Assembly (NCBI GenBank): GCA_965228855.1
Contig: CBDDIJ010000002.1
Location: 1,760,001-1,824,000 of the forward strand
Reading direction: 5' to 3'
Source: Candidatus Obscuribacterales bacterium
GTDB lineage: Bacteria > Cyanobacteriota > Vampirovibrionia > Obscuribacterales > Obscuribacteraceae
Length of the DNA: 64,000 bases
In this document: positions 10,535 to 21,273 of the stretch, in pieces
Layout: each line of letters opens with the position of its first letter
How positions within the stretch are numbered: the first letter of the stretch is position 1
Translations under genes and position numbers: made by a program
Notes under the pieces: model-generated
Database searches by the model: none
What the model saw: only the letters and a program-made list of their open reading frames with translations
Told to the model about the DNA's origin: nothing

Positions 10535-11957
10535 TTCGAATTGCGACGGCGTTGCGATGAACCGCAGGAATATTTTGACATACAGCGTCAGGCGTAAGAC
10601 CGGTTTATCGGTGAGCATCGATTATCAAAGGCACAGCGTTGACGATGGAATTGAGCTTCCGTCCAGTCGCTCAATTGCGCCATGCGAAGGGCGTTTGGAA
10701 GAAAGCCTTTTAGAGATTGTTGTCCGAAATTTTGTTAGTGTCCTCGTGATTGTTGACTTGCTATTTTTGCTTTTGTGCAAGTCTGCGCTGGACAATGCTT
10801 TGTTTTTGACGTCGAAAGGGACTGTTTTTATCGACCTTGCGATACACCTCTGCATTCTTGGAGCCTATGTGTGTTTGTGTCGAATCAATTTGTCGTACGT
10901 GAAGAGACAGGACCCCATCTTGATTGGATTGATTTCAATCTTTGCTCTCTCGGTGCTTTCTTCGGTGCCGGCTGCGGTGTCGCTTGGTGTTGAGGAACTG
11001 CCGAATGCGATTCTGCACGCGCTGTTGGTTGTTAGCCCAGTAATCTCGTACGGTTATATTTGTCCGCGCATTTTGAATCGGCGCAATTTTATGGCGATCT
11101 TTGCTGCTGTTCTCCTGGTGTTCACTATGCATGCCCTTCTCACTGCAGGGCTGTGTATCACTGACACGACGGCGATTGCCGGCCGAGAAATCGTAAGCGA
11201 TGTTGGGCGCGCGCCGGCTTTTTTCGGTCATTTAGGAACGTTTGTTCCTGGACTATGTTGGAATCCTAACACTCTAGCTATTGCCTTGATGATGCTACCA
11301 GTAGTGGTGCCTATTGTTTTAGACGGCTGTAAGTCTTCCTGGTCTAGACTGAGCGCACGAGTCGCGATGATATTGATCAGCTGTCACTTATTGCTTACGT
11401 TTTCGAGGGCGGCAATTTTTAGCGTTTTGCTTTCTTTTGCGCTGTGGCCTCTGTTGTCTGCGTCGAGAAGTCGTCGGACCGTTTTTATGTCTATGTTGAC
11501 GATTGCTTTTCTTGGAATTTTTCTTGTGCAGCAAGCGCTCAATCTGACAAGCGATTCTTCTATGCTCGCGCGAATCGACATCTGGAAAAATGAGTGTGCG
11601 GGGATTGTGCTAAATCCGTGGGGGCAGGGTCTGCCGGCTTTGGGTGCGGAGCGTATGCCTCACAGTTTGATTCTGGGTAGTCTTCAGTACTTTGGCTTCC
11701 AGGGACTGTTCGCCTTCAGTCTGCTGCTTGGGTATCAATTGATCAAGTCAGCGAGAAGCGCCTTGCAAAGCTCGTCTTCGCGCCTCTTGCTTGTGTTTCT
11801 TGCAAGCGTTGTTATCGTTCATGGCACGTTCGAATACTTCATTGGTCATCCGTTGCTTTTTGCCAACTCTCTCTTCTGGATAATGCTTGGTTATTTGAAT
11901 CTGTTGCCGCTCGAGGACGCGAGGGGCTTGGCTCAGGTTGAGGCGCGGCGGGTTTGA
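10497..11957 (+). CDS. O-antigen ligase/polymerase-like (Wzy_C) membrane protein
   Basis: NPNTLA, LLTFSRAA, SSMLARIDIW, PWGQG and PHS motifs with about 12 TM helices. The true start is probably downstream of 10497. Confidence 0.8.
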   Translation: MTSPKNWTVIPTDSNCDGVAMNRRNILTYSVRRKTGLSVSIDYQRHSVDDGIELPSSRSIAPCEGRLEESLLEIVVRNFVSVLVIVDLLFLLLCKSALDNALFLTSKGTVFIDLAIHLCILGAYVCLCRINLSYVKRQDPILIGLISIFALSVLSSVPAAVSLGVEELPNAILHALLVVSPVISYGYICPRILNRRNFMAIFAAVLLVFTMHALLTAGLCITDTTAIAGREIVSDVGRAPAFFGHLGTFVPGLCWNPNTLAIALMMLPVVVPIVLDGCKSSWSRLSARVAMILISCHLLLTFSRAAIFSVLLSFALWPLLSASRSRRTVFMSMLTIAFLGIFLVQQALNLTSDSSMLARIDIWKNECAGIVLNPWGQGLPALGAERMPHSLILGSLQYFGFQGLFAFSLLLGYQLIKSARSALQSSSSRLLLVFLASVVIVHGTFEYFIGHPLLFANSLFWIMLGYLNLLPLEDARGLAQVEARRV

Positions 11958-11974
11958 ATATTTCTTTATCTCGT

Positions 11975-12370
11975 TCAGTCCCTGCGTTTGCCTAGGCTGA
12001 GTTCTACTGATACCGTATCCGGTGCGTCCGCTGGCAGTGCGTCAAGTGGCGATAACTTCTCGATAGTTTTAATCACAGCCTGGTCCTGCTTCGAGTTGCC
12101 GGACTTCTGTTTGAGCTCAAGCTTGGAGATTTCACCAGACTTGTTTATAACGAAACCAATAGTTGTATCGCGCTTTGACTTTTTCGGATACGACGTTTTA
12201 TTCCATTCGGTTTGAATCCGTTTGGTAAGTCGGTCAACATAACCGCTCCTGCCGATCGCGTCTGAAGGGCATGCTGTTGATTTCACCGTGCCCGCTGCGC
12301 TCTCCGCAAATGAGCCGGTTGGTGCCAGCATGAAGGCGATTAAGAAGAGCTGAATTGAAATTCGCAGCAT
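11975..12370 (-). CDS. Secreted TonB C-terminal domain protein
   Basis: Signal peptide plus YVDRLTKRIQTEW...FVINKSGEI...SGNSKQDQAV...PLDALP. Start ATG 12370. Confidence 0.82.
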   Translation of the reverse strand: MLRISIQLFLIAFMLAPTGSFAESAAGTVKSTACPSDAIGRSGYVDRLTKRIQTEWNKTSYPKKSKRDTTIGFVINKSGEISKLELKQKSGNSKQDQAVIKTIEKLSPLDALPADAPDTVSVELSLGKRRD

Positions 12371-12639
12371 GTTGTTCTCGTCCTCGATTCTATTATTCCC
12401 GTTATCCCGAAAACGGTTTTGAACCGTTACCACAGAAGTTTTGTGATTGATATCCCCCGAACGGGTTGAATTTGCGAGATCTAGATTGGAAGCGGTTTAT
12501 ATAATCGGTTAGAAAATTTTCGAGAAAACCATTTTGCACGGTTTGCGGGCATTGTTGTCACTCAAAACCGGCTGCTTTTGCTACAATCAGCGCTTCTCAA
12601 ATACTTACCGCGCTGCCAAAACAGCCAGGAGCGTTCGCC

Positions 12640-15600
12640 ATGTCTGACGGAAGATTCACCAGGGTTGTGTCTGCGAGCCTCGCTTGCTCGGTACTTCTCG
12701 TAAATCTGGGCTCTGCGACGCCATCCTGCGCGAAGTCATCGAAACAGTCGAAGGCGTCCAAAGCTTCGAAGGGCGCGAAGATTATTGAGACGAAAGTTGA
12801 AGAAACAGCCAAGCCGGCAGAGCCTGTTCCGGTCAAAAAAGTTATGGCTACTTCCTATTCGCTGGGCGGAACTGACCGCTACTTAACCATGCTCAGCACC
12901 GATAAGCCTATTTATCGTGCTGGCGACAAGCTTTATCTGCGTGGAGTTATGTTGAATTCTCTGAACAAACAACCTTTTCCTCGCTTTTCCGACTTGCGAT
13001 ATGGCGGTCACATTGAAATCCGAGGTCCCAAGGGGGAAATCATCGCGAGAGACAATGCACAGATACAGGACAGCGTGTGGAGTTACATTTGGGATGTTCC
13101 TCGCGGCGCGCTTGGCGGGGAGTACACCGCCTACCTCTCATTTGCGCAAGCTCCATTTGCGCCATCTGAGCGGAAGTTTGATGTTCGCGCTTTTCGAAAT
13201 ACGCGTTTGAAATCGCAGATAACCTTCGTTCGAGATGGATATGCGCCGGGTGAGAAAGTTTCAGCAGTTCTCGACGTTAAACGTGCTGAGGGCGGTATTC
13301 CCGCTTCAGCGAAAGTCATGGTGACTGCAACGATAGATGGTGTCGCGATGAACTGCGGCACGGCTTCCGTCGATAGTAACGGTCTATGTCAAGTCTCCTT
13401 CGATCTTCCGCATGAAATCGAACGCGGCGAAGGAACTTTAGCGCTGGTTATCTCCGATGGGGGCGTTGTCGAAACCGCCTCGAAGACGATTCCAATCCTG
13501 CTCAAAACCGTGGACTTGCAAATGTATCCTGAAGGCGGTGATTTGCTCGCTGGGCATAAAAACCGAGTTTACATCGAGGCGTCGCAAACAAACGGAAAGC
13601 CTGCCGATCTCGTCGGCAAAATCATGCTCGCAGGCACGAATGGTGAGGCACCACGGGAAGTGGCAGAGGTTAAAACTGAACACGAGGGACGTGGGCGGTT
13701 TGAGTTTACGCCTGAAGCTGGCAAGAAGTACTATCTAGCGGTTTCTCAACCAAGCGGTATAGCAAAAACTTTTCCGCTTCCAGAAGCGAAACTGACGGGC
13801 GCGACGATAACCACCGACCAGGATGTTTTTCGACGCGAACAACCAATTGTTTTGCATACAGATAGTTCTGAGAAGACTTACAAGGTAAGCCTTTATAAAC
13901 GCGAAGTGAAAATCGCCGATTATAAAGTCGACCTGCAGAATCAAGCAAAGGATGGTCAGCAACGCGTTCAGTTTAATTTGTCGGATGATATTGACGGTGT
14001 TTTGACTGCCACCATATGGAGTGCCGATGGTGAGCCGCTCGCGGAGCGGCTAATTTTTCGGGAGACGTCTTCTCCAATCAATATAAGCATTACTCCAGCG
14101 AAAAAATCTTATATTCCCGGTGAAACAGCAGAGCTGACGGTGAAGGCGACGGATGAAAACGGAAAACCGCTCTCAACGGTGGTTGGCTTGACGGTGTCTG
14201 ATGAAACTGTCATTGAGATGATCGACAAGCGGGAGCAATCACCGAACCTGGAGGTGATGTACTTCCTCGAGCCGGAGGTAAAGAATCTTGCTGATGCTCG
14301 CGTATATATGGATGCAAAAAATCCCAAAGCTCCATTAGCAACTGATCTGCTTTTGGGAACGCAGGGGTGGCGTCGATTTGCTTTGCTTGATGCAAAAGAT
14401 TTTGTCGCGAAAAATGGCAGCAAGGCTAAGCGCGTTTTGGGCGGTTGCCTGGGTCGACCAATTGGAAGCCGCATTGGCGAGGACGGCATACCTCTGCAGC
14501 CATCAACCTATCAGCGTGGACAACTTCAAACCCTGAACAGCATCGATAAATATACTTTCTTTCCCTCGGCTCCCGAACTTTCGGTGGAGCAGATGCGAGT
14601 TCCGGAGGAGATTGGTCGGGTTGAGGGACCACGTGATGTTAACCTCTTCCAAGTTGAGCCAACCGTGCTCGACGAACGTCACTTCACGACAGGTCGTGCT
14701 GAGCGCCATCAAAAGACTTCGCCGACTTTGCCTGAAGGCGCACCTATACCGGATTCTGACGGGCAAATTACTTTGCATGGATACAATCTGGCTGCGGGAG
14801 CAACGGGCCGCTCAGTGTATGTGCGAGAGTATTCGCATAAAGCGCGTCCCGGGAGGCAGCCAGGCGACCGAAACGATTTCACCGAGACTCTCTACTGGAA
14901 TTCCGGCGTGAGAACCGACTCCAAGACCGGCGAGGCGAAAGTTAAATTCGCTTTGAGCGATAACGTCACGACTTTCCGCGTAAGTGCGGATGCGTTCTCC
15001 GAGAGTGGTGGCATTGGTAGTACCAGCCTTGGCTTGCAATCGCAGCAGCCGTTTTACACGGAGGCGAAACTGCCGCTGGAAGTTACGGCTGGTGACAAGA
15101 TTTTAATTCCGGTTAACTTCGTTAACACCACTGATGGTGCATTATCTTCACCGGTCGCGACCATAGATATCAAAGGTCAAATGACTCAAAGCAGTTTCAA
15201 AAAGTTTGATACCGCTCTTGGTGCCGGCGAGCGGGCTCGTTTGATTGAAACTCTCACAATCGGCGACAAGATTGGCGATTCAACAATCACGGTCAGCACA
15301 AAGGCTGGTGACTTCCGTGACAAGGTAACGCGCAACCTGAAGGTTACGTCCAACGGTTTCCCGCGCGAACAAGGTTTCGCTGGAATAATCGAAGGCGGAA
15401 AGAGTGTCGTGAAAACTATCAATGTTCCAAGCTTCGTGCCGGGCAGTTTGACGGTCAAGGGTGTTGCGTATCCATCGCCGCTCGGTAATTTGACGGAGGC
15501 GCTTCAACGATTGATTCAGGAACCAAGTGGTTGCTTCGAGCAGACTTCATCTACGAGTTATCCGCTCACGATGGCTCAGCAGTACTTCCTGACGCACCAA

Positions 15601-16965
15601 AACGTGGACGCCAAATTCGTTGAGGATTCGCGCAAGAAATTGGATGCTGGCTATAAACTTCTGGTGAGCTTCTGGTGCCCGGACCGCGGCTACGAGTGGT
15701 TCGGTGAGAATCCGGGTCACGAGGCGCTGACCGCGTTTGGGCTGATGCACTTCAATGATATGAAGAAGGTGCGCGAAGTTGACAACGATATGATAGCGAC
15801 GACTCAGACTTGGCTCATGAAGCAGAAAGATGGACAGGGCGGTTTCAATCGGAAACGTCGCAGTCTGCACACGTGGGTTGAGGACAAGGAGTGCTCGGAC
15901 GGTTACATTGTGTGGGCGCTGCTCGAGTGCGGCCAGCCGGTCGCGTCGTTGAAGGATGAAATTGCGCGGCTGAAGAAGCAAGCTGAGTCGAGCAAGAATT
16001 CGTATGTGGTGGCACTGGCTGCGAATGCGTTGTACTTGGCTGGAGACAAAGCGGCTGCGAAAACTTTGATGGACCGTCTAGCTGCTAAACAGAAAACTGA
16101 TGGTAGCGTTGACGGTATCACGCAGAGCATCGTCGGTAGTGGCGGTGAGGCGTTGCAAGTTGAGGGAACGTCGCTCGCGACGCTTGCCTGGCTTCGTGAT
16201 AATGCCTACGCCGGAAACGTCAGCAAGAGCATCAAGTTCCTCGCGGACTCGTGCAAAGCCGGACGTTATGGTTCGACCCAAGCGACGGTGCTGGCGTTGC
16301 GATCTATTTTAGAGTACGACAAGAGTTGTGCGAAGAAACGCGAATTCGGAACCATCAGCGTATTTGTTGACGATAAACAAGTTGGCGAGCCGGTTGCGTT
16401 TAGTGACACCGCTCAAGATGTGCTCACTTTCCCAGACTTGGTCGGTTCGTTGACGCCAGGCGAGCATAAGGTGGAGTTGCGCATGAGCGGTGGCAATACG
16501 ATGCCGTACTCCGTCGCGTTAAACTACAGCGCGCTGACGCCGCAGTCGTCGGACGCATGCGCGGTCGATATCGCGGTAAAGATGTCGGATACGAAACTGT
16601 CTGAAGGCGAAGCTGCGGAAGCGTTGGTAACCGTGGAGAATAAGACTAAAGAGCTGATACCGAACCCGGTGGCGATTGTCGGCGTTCCTGGTGGTATGGA
16701 AGTTCGGCATGACCAGCTTAAGGAGTTGGTGAAAAAGGGCAAGATTGACGCCTATGAAGTGCGCGGCCGCGAGGTTGTGCTTTATTGGCGTGGTATCGCC
16801 GGTAATGCGGCGATGGAAGTGCCGGTGAGCTTGATTGCGGCGGTGCCAGGTACGTATACTGCGCCGGCGAGCCGGGCGTATCTGTATTACACGGATGAGC
16901 ACAAGTGTTGGATTGATGGAGCGAAGGTTGAGATTACGCCGAAAGTGCAGGTGGCAGCTCGTTGA
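12640..16965 (+). CDS. Alpha-2-macroglobulin family protein with thioester motif
   Basis: MG2 motif TDKPIYRAGD, FTETLYW, thioester PSGCFEQ, STQATV, C-terminal PASRAYLYY; signal peptide. Confidence 0.93.
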   Translation: MSDGRFTRVVSASLACSVLLVNLGSATPSCAKSSKQSKASKASKGAKIIETKVEETAKPAEPVPVKKVMATSYSLGGTDRYLTMLSTDKPIYRAGDKLYLRGVMLNSLNKQPFPRFSDLRYGGHIEIRGPKGEIIARDNAQIQDSVWSYIWDVPRGALGGEYTAYLSFAQAPFAPSERKFDVRAFRNTRLKSQITFVRDGYAPGEKVSAVLDVKRAEGGIPASAKVMVTATIDGVAMNCGTASVDSNGLCQVSFDLPHEIERGEGTLALVISDGGVVETASKTIPILLKTVDLQMYPEGGDLLAGHKNRVYIEASQTNGKPADLVGKIMLAGTNGEAPREVAEVKTEHEGRGRFEFTPEAGKKYYLAVSQPSGIAKTFPLPEAKLTGATITTDQDVFRREQPIVLHTDSSEKTYKVSLYKREVKIADYKVDLQNQAKDGQQRVQFNLSDDIDGVLTATIWSADGEPLAERLIFRETSSPINISITPAKKSYIPGETAELTVKATDENGKPLSTVVGLTVSDETVIEMIDKREQSPNLEVMYFLEPEVKNLADARVYMDAKNPKAPLATDLLLGTQGWRRFALLDAKDFVAKNGSKAKRVLGGCLGRPIGSRIGEDGIPLQPSTYQRGQLQTLNSIDKYTFFPSAPELSVEQMRVPEEIGRVEGPRDVNLFQVEPTVLDERHFTTGRAERHQKTSPTLPEGAPIPDSDGQITLHGYNLAAGATGRSVYVREYSHKARPGRQPGDRNDFTETLYWNSGVRTDSKTGEAKVKFALSDNVTTFRVSADAFSESGGIGSTSLGLQSQQPFYTEAKLPLEVTAGDKILIPVNFVNTTDGALSSPVATIDIKGQMTQSSFKKFDTALGAGERARLIETLTIGDKIGDSTITVSTKAGDFRDKVTRNLKVTSNGFPREQGFAGIIEGGKSVVKTINVPSFVPGSLTVKGVAYPSPLGNLTEALQRLIQEPSGCFEQTSSTSYPLTMAQQYFLTHQNVDAKFVEDSRKKLDAGYKLLVSFWCPDRGYEWFGENPGHEALTAFGLMHFNDMKKVREVDNDMIATTQTWLMKQKDGQGGFNRKRRSLHTWVEDKECSDGYIVWALLECGQPVASLKDEIARLKKQAESSKNSYVVALAANALYLAGDKAAAKTLMDRLAAKQKTDGSVDGITQSIVGSGGEALQVEGTSLATLAWLRDNAYAGNVSKSIKFLADSCKAGRYGSTQATVLALRSILEYDKSCAKKREFGTISVFVDDKQVGEPVAFSDTAQDVLTFPDLVGSLTPGEHKVELRMSGGNTMPYSVALNYSALTPQSSDACAVDIAVKMSDTKLSEGEAAEALVTVENKTKELIPNPVAIVGVPGGMEVRHDQLKELVKKGKIDAYEVRGREVVLYWRGIAGNAAMEVPVSLIAAVPGTYTAPASRAYLYYTDEHKCWIDGAKVEITPKVQVAAR

Positions 16966-16989
16966 TCGATAATCGTTAGGAGACGTACC

Positions 16990-17337
16990 ATGCAACTGAG
17001 GAAGAGTGCGCGGGCTTTTTGTAAATTAAGCATGATATGTGAGTGCTGCTTGGTTCTTGGTTTGGTAGCGACCTTCACCTGCAGTTGGTCCTCAGCGCCG
17101 GGTACACCGGCAGAGTTATTGCTTCGTTGTATCGACGGACACGAAAACGTTTTTCAAGTTGAGAAGTACCGCCTGGGAATTACGGAGAATGGGTTGAATG
17201 TCCCTTTACCGAATTCTCTGGACGGGGCTTCGGTACCGAAGATCATGCTGAAGTTCGATGGCGCCGGCGAAGTCAAGTCCGTTGGAAACTTTTCCTCTTC
17301 AAGCGTCCATCGAATATCCTTGACGGTGAACAGCTGA
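16990..17337 (+). CDS. Hypothetical protein (possible remnant)
   Basis: AGGAG RBS upstream of ATG; no recognisable domain. Confidence 0.35.
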   Translation: MQLRKSARAFCKLSMICECCLVLGLVATFTCSWSSAPGTPAELLLRCIDGHENVFQVEKYRLGITENGLNVPLPNSLDGASVPKIMLKFDGAGEVKSVGNFSSSSVHRISLTVNS

Positions 17338-17416
17338 GTCTGTGTTACGACCGACGCCTTTGAATGAACCAGGAAATTTAAAAGTAAATGTCTAGCGTTG
17401 AAGGAAGTACATTTGT

Positions 17417-18352
17417 ATGCCTATAGCGAATGCAGGAACACTTATCGAGAATGTTGTTTTAATCGAGTCGCTTCGAGTTCTGTGCGATGAGGCCGTCAGT
17501 GACTCGTCCTCAATCGAATTTATAAATAGTTTTACAATGGCTCCTCGGAGCCCGTGGACTGAACGATTGTATGCTGGTCCATTGAAGCTGGCTCGTCGTC
17601 AGATGATCGAAGCAAACTTTGATTCCACAGATGTGTCTGGTGAATTTTGTCAAGTGTATGCGCGGAGCTGTCTTGCTTTGTCCTATGAGGGACCAAGTGG
17701 TGCTCTCTTAGCAGCGATTTTATTGAGTCTGAAAAAAAAGCGGGCCCGCTTTTGGCTTAACGATAGCGGATTTTATCAATCATCCGCGAACACCGGAAAT
17801 CACAATATTGACTCAATCGCTGCTGAAGTATTGCCAAACGACCTTCAACCGCGGCTGGACTTGGTGTGTTCGGCGACTCCTTATCCGACAAGCCTCGTTG
17901 AGTTAAAACTTGAGCTTTCAAAATGGAGACAAAGTTCCAATGGTCGGCAGTTTAGAATAGGCTACTTGGACCCCAACAGATATTGTGCCGGTGGTGCCCG
18001 ACATACGGCTGCGACCTCTTCAGCAGACCACTGTGAGTGGCTGGAGATGCTAAATGTCGATTTACCGTCAGTAGTTATGTCCGTGCATTTTTCAGCAAAT
18101 TGCAATCAGCCGCTGTTAAGAAAGGAACTTCAGTATCTATACAAAGACGCCTCGGAAAGAGGCTACGTGTCAAACACGTTTTCAAACAGCTATTTAACTA
18201 CGACAATCTCGATTAACTCAAATGACTCGAAGCTGAGCTCACTGGAAATCATGAACCGAGCTTGCTCGAATATTCTCAGCGCCTGGGACCGTTGGCGAAC
18301 CGTTAGCGGACAAGGAAAAATGGCTTTGACCTCTAGGCGATACGATACTTAG
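17417..18352 (+). CDS. Hypothetical protein, possibly a divergent RlmJ-like SAM-dependent methyltransferase
   Basis: 311-aa ORF with RBS. Motif order NAGT..., FINSF, YEGPS, YLDPNRY loosely parallels RlmJ. Confidence 0.5.
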   Translation: MPIANAGTLIENVVLIESLRVLCDEAVSDSSSIEFINSFTMAPRSPWTERLYAGPLKLARRQMIEANFDSTDVSGEFCQVYARSCLALSYEGPSGALLAAILLSLKKKRARFWLNDSGFYQSSANTGNHNIDSIAAEVLPNDLQPRLDLVCSATPYPTSLVELKLELSKWRQSSNGRQFRIGYLDPNRYCAGGARHTAATSSADHCEWLEMLNVDLPSVVMSVHFSANCNQPLLRKELQYLYKDASERGYVSNTFSNSYLTTTISINSNDSKLSSLEIMNRACSNILSAWDRWRTVSGQGKMALTSRRYDT

Positions 18353-18385
18353 CTTTCTGTTGCCACCGCATGTAGCGCCAGAACC

Positions 18386-19861
18386 TTATTCGCTGTCGTT
18401 AATCAATGACAGCGCTTCGTTCGCAACCTCTTGAACCGCAGGATCGGTATAGTCTAAATCAGATATGAACTTCCGGCATTTGTCTTCAGACGTTTTTGCC
18501 GCCACTAGAAGCGTAGATATCGCCTGCTGCTTTTTGCCCTGCTTTGCAAATACGACCGCGAGATTTCCCCAAGCTATAGTCTTCATCGGTTCAAGTCTGA
18601 TCGCTTGCTGGAAGTGTCGTTGCGCATCCTCGTACATAAGCGCGTTAAGTTCTGCTAAACCCAAATTGTTGAAATATTTTGGATTCGTCGAATTTAGTTT
18701 CACAGCTTCTTTGAGCAGAGCAACTGCCTTAATGTTGTTACCCTTGCGAAGCTCTCCAAGACCTTTATCATTGGCGCTAATCGACTCTGGTGTGTTCGGC
18801 AAATTTCGAGGTTGCCGAGTCAAAAGGGTATTCAAACCGGATGAGACAGCAGCATCTTTGGAATCCATTTGGTCTTTTATGATTGCATCAATTTGATTGT
18901 ATTCCGCGGAAATGTTCGTGGTGCTAGCGGCGCTGATGTTGGCACTGGCATTCTCTTCTGAAAGTGCATCCGCAGACGATGAGCTATCGAGCGTTGAAGT
19001 ATCGTCGGGCGGAGATGGAATCGATGCTGAATCTGATCTCTGATTATAGGAGCTAATTTCCTCATCGCCATCCCAGTCATGCCCTTCAGGGCTTGCCGTT
19101 TGATGCTCTGCTGTTGGCGATGCGGGCTTAGTATTTTCGGAGTATTTTGTGATAAGTGTTGCTACTGCGGCTGTGCCCATACCGATAAAACAGAAGGCTG
19201 CAACGATGATGATTGCGGTGGTGTAATCAGTGTTCGAAGGTAATTCGATCTGACCTCTGAAATCTGCTGACCTCCCGTAATAATCATCTCCAAGTTGCTG
19301 AAGTAGCGCCAATCGAGCCTTGTCGTTGGAATTGCAGACTTGAGATGGCAACAGGAACAGGTCCATAAAAGATCCGAGGAAAAGAACGATGCCAAAAAAG
19401 ATCGCTGCAGGAATGCCGACGATTGTTAGCACTAGCAGCCAGCTGCCGAGTCCGCCAGCTAGGTAGGCTAAACCCCAACCGGTCTCTCGAATATAAAACT
19501 TGTGGCCTCCAACGAACCAAGTCAGCAGCAAAAGAAGATAAGCTACTCCGACACCTCGGGTGATGCGCGTACTTTCGGCTTGATAGGCTAGTGCGTACTC
19601 AGTCGGTAGGAGTGATACGGCTCTCGCGAAATTTCGATTCTGAATCGCGGAGTTAAATTGAATTTGCTTAGATTGGTCTTCCTTTTGAACGCTCGTGGTC
19701 TCTTCAGCAAATAGTTTGATGTCCGATAGTCTGGGCTCTACAGGTCTTGCAATGTTTTGCTCGCGATCACAATAGCGGCAAACCTTCGCGTTTTTTCTGA
19801 TCGGTTCCGCGCAGAAGTTGCACTCCTTGTGGTCGTCATCGGTTTGCTGTTTATCTTCCAT
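18386..19861 (-). CDS. Zinc-ribbon + TM2 + TPR membrane protein
   Basis: CNFCAEPI..AKVCRYC, TM2 motif (AYLLLL..GGHKFY), Ser-rich linker, C-terminal TPRs. Confidence 0.85.
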   Translation of the reverse strand: MEDKQQTDDDHKECNFCAEPIRKNAKVCRYCDREQNIARPVEPRLSDIKLFAEETTSVQKEDQSKQIQFNSAIQNRNFARAVSLLPTEYALAYQAESTRITRGVGVAYLLLLLTWFVGGHKFYIRETGWGLAYLAGGLGSWLLVLTIVGIPAAIFFGIVLFLGSFMDLFLLPSQVCNSNDKARLALLQQLGDDYYGRSADFRGQIELPSNTDYTTAIIIVAAFCFIGMGTAAVATLITKYSENTKPASPTAEHQTASPEGHDWDGDEEISSYNQRSDSASIPSPPDDTSTLDSSSSADALSEENASANISAASTTNISAEYNQIDAIIKDQMDSKDAAVSSGLNTLLTRQPRNLPNTPESISANDKGLGELRKGNNIKAVALLKEAVKLNSTNPKYFNNLGLAELNALMYEDAQRHFQQAIRLEPMKTIAWGNLAVVFAKQGKKQQAISTLLVAAKTSEDKCRKFISDLDYTDPAVQEVANEALSLINDSE

Positions 19862-20253
19862 TAACGCTCCGAGTCTTCTCGCGAGTATGCTGCCTCGCAG
19901 CCTGGCAATATCGGTTGTACTAAATAATGACTACAGAAGTCACTTTGTAGGAAGCGCCAGATCTTTGTTCCACTCTTTCAGCCTCTCTGAACTCGTTCTT
20001 ACGAATGAGTTTTAAAACCTTTTACCGTGGAATGCGTCGATTTAGCGACCAGCAAAATTAGACGCACTCTTGAAGTATCGCAGAAATTAATCGTCTGATA
20101 CCACAGCCTGGTCTAGAGTTTATCTTCGACGGAAGACAAAAAAACAACCCGATTGGGTGATATGTTTTTGTTGCGCGTTGTGGTAGATCAATTACTTGGC
20201 AGTTCGCGTCGGAGTAATTTAGAACCTTCGATCGCTTAACAACGTGCCTTTGT

Positions 20254-21273
20254 GTGGAGAAACACATGGGACCGAACAAACAATTCTATTGCACACTGCA
20301 AGGTGTGTCTATCGACGGCGCGTGTCTCGGCGGGTCACCGTTCGGGCAACCAAAATATTTTCGCCGTGATTCAACCTTCGTGCTTATTTTGGCTGTGATG
20401 GCGTTATCGGTTTTCGTGAATGACATAGTCAATTCACCCGCGATGGCCGGTTTTGGTAGAAACGTCCCCGTCGCTTTGGATGTTCAAAACCCTCCGGGCG
20501 ACAACCTCTATTTTACTGTGAAACCGTATATGGTGGCAGTTCGGCAGCGCATTCAGCAGGCTTGGCGACCGAATGTTTTGAGTCCATCTTATCGAACCAA
20601 AATTCAGTTTCAAATAAATCACGAAGGACAGATATTTGCTCCGCAACTCGTTTCATCTTCCGGAAACGAAAAATTCGATCAAAGAGCGATGAGTGCCGTT
20701 CTCGCATGTTCGCCGTTTCAACCTATTCCGATAGAGACGCTGATAATTACAGCAGCATTTGATAATCGCTATCTAACACCGGCCGAGCTTGATCAAAATG
20801 TTCAGCGTTACCGTTTCTTTCGGCAGCAACAGTTGGTGAGGGAGCAGCTACAGCCAACCTACTATCAATCGAACTTAGCGCAGCAAAACAACAGGTACGT
20901 GGAGCAAAATTATGGCGCGCAAATTCCGATATCTTCGAATCGCCAGCCACCGCAAGCTGAGCTGATGGATCCAGCTACCGATGGAGAGCTCAGGGGCGCT
21001 CCTCAGAATAAAGTTGATTCTGTTCCTGACGGTGGTGTGTATCAACCCGGTCGTGGCACCTCAGACGAAGCAAATAAATTCGCTTATTCAGAGCCGAAGA
21101 CAAAATCTGAGCTAGTAGCTCTCTCTCCAGATGAGCTAGAAAATTACAAAACCTGGTTCAACAACGAATGGTCGAAAGAGCCCCCGGAAAGACGCTTTTA
21201 TTTTTTGACTGGCTTGAAGTATTCGTCGACACCAGTGAAGCGAGTTGTCGTGAAAGGAAGAAAGCCAAAGTGA
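20254..21273 (+). CDS. TonB C-terminal domain-containing secreted protein
   Basis: YMVAVRQRIQQAW...FQINHEGQI...SSGNEKFDQRAMSAV...PFQPIP. Confidence 0.8.
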   Translation: MEKHMGPNKQFYCTLQGVSIDGACLGGSPFGQPKYFRRDSTFVLILAVMALSVFVNDIVNSPAMAGFGRNVPVALDVQNPPGDNLYFTVKPYMVAVRQRIQQAWRPNVLSPSYRTKIQFQINHEGQIFAPQLVSSSGNEKFDQRAMSAVLACSPFQPIPIETLIITAAFDNRYLTPAELDQNVQRYRFFRQQQLVREQLQPTYYQSNLAQQNNRYVEQNYGAQIPISSNRQPPQAELMDPATDGELRGAPQNKVDSVPDGGVYQPGRGTSDEANKFAYSEPKTKSELVALSPDELENYKTWFNNEWSKEPPERRFYFLTGLKYSSTPVKRVVVKGRKPK

